Position numbers and translations under genes: made by a program. Below are positions 52,355-61,300 of a stretch of 64,000 nt of DNA, in pieces. Position 1 is the stretch's first letter. Each line of letters begins with the position of its first letter. This DNA is from Macrostomum lignano (taxonomy: Eukaryota). The stretch spans positions 1 through 64,000 of the forward strand of contig NIVC01003030.1 in assembly GCA_002269645.1 (NCBI GenBank). The letters are read 5' to 3'. A model generated the notes under the pieces. The model was given only the letters and a program-made list of their open reading frames with translations, did not search any database and was not told the DNA's origin.

Positions 52355-55300
52355 TCGACAGAGAGAGGGGAAGATAGGAGAGGTAATTCCACACATAGAG
52401 AAAAAGGGAGATAGGAGAGGTAGATCCACATGCAGAGGGAGAGGGAGATAGGAGAGGTAGATCCACATGCAGAGAGAGAGGGAGATAGGAGAGGTAGATC
52501 CACATGCAGAGAGAGAGGGAGATAGGAGAGGTAGATCCACATGCAGAGAGAGAGAGATAGGAGAGGTAGATTCACGGAAGAGATCCGCACAAAAGCCGAA
52601 CAAAAACTCGCCTTAAGCTGAGACTCGACCCCGGCCCGCCGCTCTCTAGCCGCCGCGGCCACGGCCGGCAGATACTGGGCATAGTAGGCGCGCGCATTGG
52701 CCAACACAAAGCGGCACTGGTCGTCAAGAAGCCAATCATCAGACAGCCGCTTCAGCAGGCCCACGCAGTCCAGTCTGGCTGAGAAGTCGCCCAGACTGGC
52801 TCGGTCAAGGAACTGGCAAAGCGACTGGCACAGCTGGCTGGCGTTGCACTTCTGAGCTGGCTGAGTACAGTCGTTGAGTATGCCGGCTAGGGGCAGGAGC
52901 CAGCGAGCGGCTGACTGGCGGAAGCGCCACTGGCAATGGTCTAGACAGGCCTTCCAGCTGCTGCAAGATTCCAGTTTGCGGCTTGAATTATTGTAGGCGA
53001 ACTGGCGAATAATATCCCCTCCCCGCACTGAATCGATGAATCCGTTAAGTAAGCCTACGAATCTACCGACTAAACCAAAAGAATCTGCCAACACAAGCCC
53101 GGAATCTACCGACTAAACCAAAAGAATCTGCCAACACAAGCCCGGAATCTACCGACTAAACCAAAAGAATCTGCCAACACAAGCCCGGAATCTACCGACT
53201 AAACCAAAAGAATCTGCCAACATAAGCCCGGAATCTACCGAAAAAAAGCAAATTAATCTGCCAACACAAGCCCGGAATCTACCGACTAAACTACACTGAA
53301 TCTGCAAGTGTAAACGCACACAACCTGCAAAGAAAGTCCCGAATCTACCAACTAAACCAAAAAACTGCCAACTAAATCCCGAATCTACCAAATAAACCCC
53401 GAATCTACCAAATAAATCCCGAATCTACCAAACAAACCCCGAATCTACCAAATAAATCCCGAATCTACCAAATAAACCCCGAATCTACCAAATAAACCCC
53501 GAATCCACCAAATAAACCCCGAATCTATCAAACAAACCCCTGAATCCACCAAATAAACCCCGAATCAACCAAATAAACCCCGAATCCACCAAATAAACCC
53601 CGAATCTACCAAATAAACCCCGAATCCACCAAACAAACCCCGAATCTACCAAATAAACCCCGAATCTACCAACGAAGCTGTCTCATCTACCATCTAATGA
53701 CGACACGAGACCCGAATCCAACTATCCCCACAACGAACTCACTTGAGCTCCATCCGTCGCCATTCGATGATAACGCCGGACAGCTGGCGCAGCTCCGTCA
53801 TTAGCGACACCTCGTGCGACGCCACCGCCTCCCAGCGCTGCAGTTCGGCCAGGACCAAATCCACTCCCGTGACGAACTTCATTAGCGGATCGCGAACGTT
53901 GAACGACATGACGCGTTCGGCCAGCTTCCTTAGCTGGAATTCATAGCAAAAAATGGGATATTGAGGCATTTTAGTGGATTGGCGACACATAACTGAACTT
54001 TGGTACCGTAGTGTGGATTCGGGGGCTCCTAGTATGTATATTCGAAGTTAAGTTAGTAGACTCGGGGTTTATTTGGTAGATTTGAAGTTTTTTGGAAGAT
54101 TCGAGAGTTTATTTGGTAGATTCAAGGGTTTATTTGGTAGATTCAAGGGTTTATTTGGTAGATTCGAGGGTTTATTGGGTAGATTCGGGAGGGGGGTTTA
54201 TTGGTAGATTCGGGAGTTTAGTTGGTAGATTCGGGGTTTAGTTGGTAGATTCGGGGTTTAGTCGGTAGATTCGGTGTTTTAGTTGGTAGATTCGGGAATT
54301 AAGTTGGTAGATTCTAAGGTAGTTGCTACCATAATACAACGGGAATGCACAAATATTACGCAACAAAGCACAACACAAGCCAACCTGCACAAGCGTGACA
54401 TTCTCAGGCCACTGTCCGAGCAGTTCGCCCAGTCGAATAGACAGGCGCGCCAAGGGCGCCAGACAAGCGGCGGCCGCGTCAGGCGCCGGATCTCGATAGA
54501 CGTCGAGCGGCGCCGCCAGCAGACAGTCGGGATAGTCGGCGGACGCTGCAGATTCGGCGGCGGAGGAGGCGGCCGAGGCGATGAGGCTGGTCAGAGCCCG
54601 TAGGTGGCTGGCCAGCAGTTTGGGGTCGGCATCCGGGTCTGCGGGAGAGGAAATCGTGTGGGAGTCGCGGGGCCTCTAACACTCACCAGTGAGTCACATA
54701 CCCTCACCAGTGAGCCACACACCCTCACCAGTGAGTCACACACCCTCACCAGTGAGTCACACACCCTCACCCGTGAGTCACACACCCTCACCAGTGAGTC
54801 ACACACCCTCACCAGTGAGTCACACACCCTCACCAGTGAGTCACACACCCTCACCCGTGAGTCACACACCCTCACCCGTGAGTCACACACCCTCACCAGT
54901 GAGTCACACACCCTCACCAGTGAGTCACACACCCTCACCAGTGAGTCACACACCCTCACCAGTGAGTCATACACCCTCACCCGTGAGTCACACATCCTCA
55001 CCAGTGAGTCACATACTCTCACAAACCTCTCAGCGAGAACCAGCACGCTTTTCGGGCGGGTCGCTCCACTGAAAGCGCGCTGCACGTCCTGGTCGATAAA
55101 CTCGAGAAGGCCGTGCTTGGTAGTGGCTTTGCTCTGGGGATCTTCCTGGACATCATTGGCGCCTTCGATAACGTCCTCTTTGAGGCGTTCCGAAGAGCTC
55201 TTTGTGAGAGGCTAACGCACTCACATCTCACCAGATGGATCATGTACATGATCAGCCATCGCACGGCCACCGCCAGTCTGCTGGGCTACCAGAGGACGGT

Positions 55301-58300
55301 CCCCGTCTGCAAAGGTAGCCCGCAAGGTGGGGTGCTGTCTCCAGTTCTCTGGAATATGGTCATCGATGAGCTCCTCCGGGATGTTCGGCCTGACCCCATT
55401 CTGAAAGTTGGATATGCGGACGATGTCACCGCGGTGGCATCTGGTCCGTCCCCTGATACCCTCAGGGACCTTCTTCAGAACTTCATCTACGCTGCTGAGC
55501 AATGGGCGGACCGCTGTGGTTTAAGGCTCTCTGAGACTAAGACCGCAGCGATCATGTTCACCAGCAGGACCAAGTGGCAGATTCGGCCGCTCACGCTTTA
55601 CGGAAGGGAAATCCCCTTCTGCAAGCAGACTAAATGTCTGGGTATTACCCTGGACCACAGGCTGAACTGGTCTCCCCACGTTCAAACAAAAGCCAAAAAG
55701 GCCTTCGCAGTCCTCGCGCAATTGCGCAGGGCCGTCGGCACCACCTGGGGGCTCACCCCCAAGCGCCTCTGGTGGATCTACACTGCAATGGTTAGGCCCG
55801 CTATCTCGTATGGCGGCCTGATCTGGGCTAGCGCCCTGCAGATAAAGACCTGTCTAGAGGCTCTCAGGAGAGCGCAAGGGCGCGCTTGTCGCACGATCAT
55901 GAGCGCCCCTCCGTCTGCTCCTTACGATGGCCTCAACGCCTTCCTCAACATTCCTCCGCTGGACATCTTTGTCCGCAGGGAAGCGGCTAAGACTGCCCGC
56001 CGTCTAGCTGACGCTGGCATTCGAATCCAGCCCCATAGGGCCATGGCTAAGCGCAAGCTTCTGCCCCACGCTGACCTCTGCCTCAAGGACTTGAGAGACA
56101 GCGGCGGGCTCCACGTCCTATCTGACGGCGAACCCCGCACTCTCAACCTCTTTCAGCGCTACAAGGTCACCATCCCCTCTAGGGATGCTGCCAATGACCA
56201 CTGGAATTTCCAGGAGGTCCATTGCTACACGGACGGATCCATCAAAGACGGTCGCGCCGGCTTTGGGGTCTGCATCATCATCAACGGCCGCGTAATTGCC
56301 ACGCATGCCCAGCACACTGGTAGACTCTCCACAGTCTTCCAGAACGAAGTCCTTGCCATCAGCTCTTGCGCTGCAGAGCTAAACGCCAAGGTTACGAGAG
56401 GAAAGACTATTGTCATCCACTCCGACAGCCAAGCGGCCTTACAGGCCCTTTGCCACACCACAACGAACTCCCGGACAGTCGCCGACTGCGCCCGGCAGCT
56501 CAACCTCCTGGCCAGAAGCAATACTGTCAGGCTGAAGTGGATCCCAGGGCACGCAGGGTTTCCGGGGAACGAGCTGGCAGACACCCTCGCCAAGAGGGGC
56601 GGCTCTGGCTCTTTTTCGGCCCTGCCCCCCTGGTCCCTATGCCCTTGACAGTCATCAATCGTCAGATCGACGACTGGGCTGACTCCCTCCACAGGGACAG
56701 ATGGGCGGGCACCCAAAACTGCCGGCAATCTCGTGCCGCGGTTCCTTGCCCGTCTCACAGGCTCAGAAACATCCTTCTGAACCAGAATCGGAAGGATATT
56801 CGAGCCCTTGTCATGACCCTTACCGGCCATGGCTACCTCGCCAGGCACTGCTTCCTCCGAGGCGACCTCGAGAGCGAAATTTGCCCCTTTTGCGAGTGCG
56901 ACAATGAAGATGCTCAGCACTTTGTCTGTCACTGCCCTTTCTTTAACAGAGACCGGCTACGCTACCTCGGGCCGAACCCGTCCATTGACGAGGTTTGCCA
57001 GCCCGACAGCATCCCACGGCTCATCCAGTTCCTTCGGGCGACTAGACGAGCCAGTTTCTTCCCAACGGAAGATCACGCTGCAGGACGGACCGGCGGACCA
57101 CCCTGACCGGCCCCACGCCTCTGCCTGTCTGCGGGCCTTCAGGGGCTAGCGGAATGGGCGACCCTCGCCTCCCCGCTGTGTCTACGGACCACCCTGCAGC
57201 TAAGTCAAGTAAGTCAAGAGTCACATACTCTCACCAGGGAGTCACATACCCTCACCAGTGCGTCACACACCCTCACCAGTAAGTCACACACCCTCACCAG
57301 TGAGTCACACAACCTCACCCGTGAGTCACACATCCTCACCAGTGAGTCACATACTCTCACCAGGGAGTCACATACCCTCACCAGTGCGTCACACACCCTC
57401 ACCAGTAAGTCACACACCCTCACCCGAGTCACGCACTATCCCATTCAGCTGGTCGTAGCACACCCAATCATCGGAGCACTTACCCAAGAAGCGGCCGTCT
57501 CGAGCAGCATCAGAGCACAGGTCGCCAGCCAGTCGGTAGCAACAGTCGGCCAGCCGGGCAGTCAGCTGTCCGTCACGATCACCGTCGGCAGCACGCTGCA
57601 GGGCGCACATCAGCAGCAGCCGGTCTCGATCCGAGAATTCCTCACTATCCTTCTTGGCCTCGTTAGCGCTTTTTGCTTTTTCATCATCTGAAGTCATCGT
57701 CATCGTGGAGGTCAGCAGGTCGGCGTAGCAGTCGTTGAAGTCGGGGAATGCTAGGCGCAGATCGGCTTCGAACTGCTCCTCGGTGGTGCGCGTCTCTAGG
57801 CGCGAGTGCTCCCTAAGTAGGTAGGGTAGTTCAGCGTGTCTAACAGGTGACCCAGAGTGTCTAACAGTTGACCCGGTATGTCTAACAGGTGACATGACCC
57901 GGTATGTCTAACAGGTGACATGACCCGGTATGTCTAACAGGTGAAACGACCTGTATGTCTAACAGGTGACATGACCTGTATGTCTAACAGGTGACATGAC
58001 CTGTATCTCTAACAGGTGACATGACCTGTATCTCTAACAGGTGACATGACCTGTATCTCTAACAGGTGACATGACCTGTATCTCTAACAGGTGACATGAC
58101 CTGTATGTCTAACAGGTGACATGACCTGTATGTCTAACAGGTGACATGACCTGTATGTCTAACAGGTGACATGACCTGTATGTCTAACAGGTGAAACGAC
58201 CTGTATCTCTAACAGGTGACATGACCTGTATGTCTAACAGGTGACATGACCTGTATCTCTAACAGGTGACATGACCTGTATGTCTAACAGGCGCCTTACT

Positions 58301-61300
58301 TGTAGGTGTACAAGCTCTCTTCCTGAGCTTCGCGTTCCAGACGTCGACGCTGCCAGTCGATGAACGCCGGCAGAAGATCGTCGCGTAGGACTCGGCCAGC
58401 GCCGGCCAGGCGGGCAGAGGGATCTGGCTCAGCAGTGGCCAGCAGGCCGAGGCGCAGCAGGGCTGGCAGGAGCTGGCGCTTGCTGCCGCAGGCGCCGGTC
58501 GCCAAGAGGCGCTCGAGACTGCGCGCGGCGTCTAGGCTGGTAGGCGGGAACGCGCCGCACAGGTGACTCACCTGGCTGGTTACGGACTGAAGAGATGCGG
58601 GCAAGCGATATGATCGGAATGAATATGCGCGACAGTCTAATCCCATTGCCTGAAAATCTTGCATCCTGAAATCCCAGTCCCACATTCTGAAATCCCAATC
58701 CCACATTCTGAAATCACCCAATCTCACATTCTGAAATCCCAATCCCACATTTTAATAGCTCAATCCCACATTTAGAAATCCCAATCCCACATTCTGAAAT
58801 CCCAATCATACATTCTGAAATCCCAATCCCACATTCAGAAATCCCAAATCTCACATTCTGAGATCCCAATCCCACATTCTGAAATCCAAATCTCACATTC
58901 TGAGATCCCAATTCCCATAATGTTGCAATCCCAAATAGGAAATAATTAACCAGAGCCAACCTGGAACTGTGGCAAGAGTTTGCGCAGCCGCGCCAGTCGC
59001 AATTCCATGGCTCTGCGAGCCAGCGCCAGGCCCAGCAGGAAACTGTAGGACAGATCCACTAAAGCGGGATACGCGGTCAGCAGTCGATTAGCAAAAGCGT
59101 CCGTCACAGCCGCCCAGTTGTCCAGTTGGTGGACAACAGCAGAGTAGCACTGCTCGCTGATGCTGTCAATGCAATCATCGCCGTTGGCGAAGCCGGCAAG
59201 ACTCGCTAGAAGGTCACGGCGACAGTAATTCGTGGCGAATTGGGTGATTTCAGTCTGAAAAATGTATGGTTTTAATTCGTCTACTGTGAGTAGCGTGTTA
59301 AGACAATTATCTGCTGAACAGGACTAAAGTGCGATTATTGTGGAGGACTGAGGGGCGATTCTTGTGGAGGACTGAGGGGCGATTATTGTGCAGGACTGAG
59401 GGGCGATTATTGTGGAGGACTGAGGGGCGATTTTTGTGGAGGACTGAGGGGCGATTCTTGTGCAGGACTGAGGGGCGATTATTGTGGAGGACTGAGGGGC
59501 GATTTTTGTGGAGGACTGAGGGGCGATTCTTGTGCAGAACTGAGGGGCGATTATTGTGGAGGACTGAGGGGCGATTCTTGTGGAGGACTGAGGGGCGATT
59601 CTTGTGGAGGACTGAGGGGCGATTCCTGTGGAGGACTGAGGGGCGATTCTTGTGGAGGACTGAGGGGCGATTCTTGTGGAGGACTGAGGGGCGATTCTTG
59701 TGGAGGACTGAGGGGCGATTCTTGTGGAGGACTGAGGGGCGATTCTTGTGGAGGACTGAGGGGCGATTCTTGTGGAGGACTGAGGGGCGATTCTAGAGGA
59801 TCAAGAGGCTAGAGAACAGTCTTTACCAACCTGCAGCCTCTCGTACTCGGCCTGCTGCCTGTGCGGCGACGCCTCCGGCCGATGCGACAGATCCTTGCGG
59901 CAGCTGGCCAGCGAGCTCAGCATGGTGCCAACGTGGTCAGCCAGCTGGCGCCACCATGGCGGCTCAAACTCGTTCTCCGTCTCCGAGTCGACATTGAAAT
60001 TCGCTTTAGAATCGTCTTCGCCGTCGCCGTAGCCACAGGCGTGCCGGCGATACAGTCGGCGTAGGCGCAGCCTGGCAGACGATTCAGCGGCCTCCCTGGC
60101 CAGCTGGGAGGCCAGCGTGGCCAGCTGCAGCTGCGGGTCCAGCGGGCTGCCGGGCCGGGCCAGGCCCAGCAACAGGCTGGCCAGGTCAAAGGTCAACCGG
60201 TGCGGATCTGGTAGGAATTGCTGCCGCTGAGGCTGCTGCTGCTCAGAGTCGGCGGTAAGCGTTAGAAGGCTGTTATCTGGGCCGATTATTTCCTGCGGGA
60301 ATGAGCGGTTTCGTTGTAGAATATGGGATTTCTGAATGTAGGATTAGGATTTCTGAATTTGGGATGGGATTTCTGAATGTGGGATTGGGATTTCTGAATG
60401 TGGGATTGGGATTTCTGAATGTGGGATGGGATTTCTGAATGTGGGATTGGGATTTCTGAATGTGGGATTGGGATCTCAGAATGTGAGATTTGGATTTCTA
60501 AATGTGGGATTGGGATTTCTGAATGTCAGATTTGATTTCTAAATGTGGGATTGGGATCTCAGAATGTGAGATTTGGATTTCTGAATGTGGAATTGGGATT
60601 TCAGAAAGTGGGATTGGGTTTTCTGAATGTGGGATTGGGATTACCGAATGGGGGATCGGGATTTCAGAATGTAGAATCGGGATTTCTGAATTAGGGACTG
60701 GGATTTGAAAATGACGGGTTGGGATAGCAGAATGGGGGCTTATGATTTAAGAAGGTGGGATCAGAAATTCTCAGGTGGCAGGAAATTCTCACCAGAAGTT
60801 CGGCGGGCACTTTAGCACCGGATCCGCCGTCACCTATCCAGTGCGGACGGTGGCAGCCTATCAGCTGTCCGGCCAGCAGCCGCAGCCCGTCAAGCAATGA
60901 AAGCTCGGATTGAGTCGGCATCACAGAGGACGAACTCTGGTCGAGTACGGCGCCAGCCGAAGCAGTCAGGTAACGGCCAGCCAGCTCAGCTGATTTCGCC
61001 GATCGTCCACCCGGGCCAGAGGACAGTTGACTCGCCGGTCACCATGGTAACAAAGCAGCATAGCGGACAGAGATTGGTTGGCCCGGCTAAACCCGGGGCT
61101 GAAGTCGGACACATCGCCGCCGGGCTCCATGCAGATGTCGCCGTCATTGTCGACCGACGCATCGGCGTAGTCGCAGCGGATCAGCGCGGACTGCCAGGAC
61201 CAATCGTTGATGTGCTGGCCGAGCAGCAGCCGGTCTATGATGAAATCCCGGCACGACTGTCGGAGAGGTCATAGTTGAACATAATAATGGTCATTGGTTC

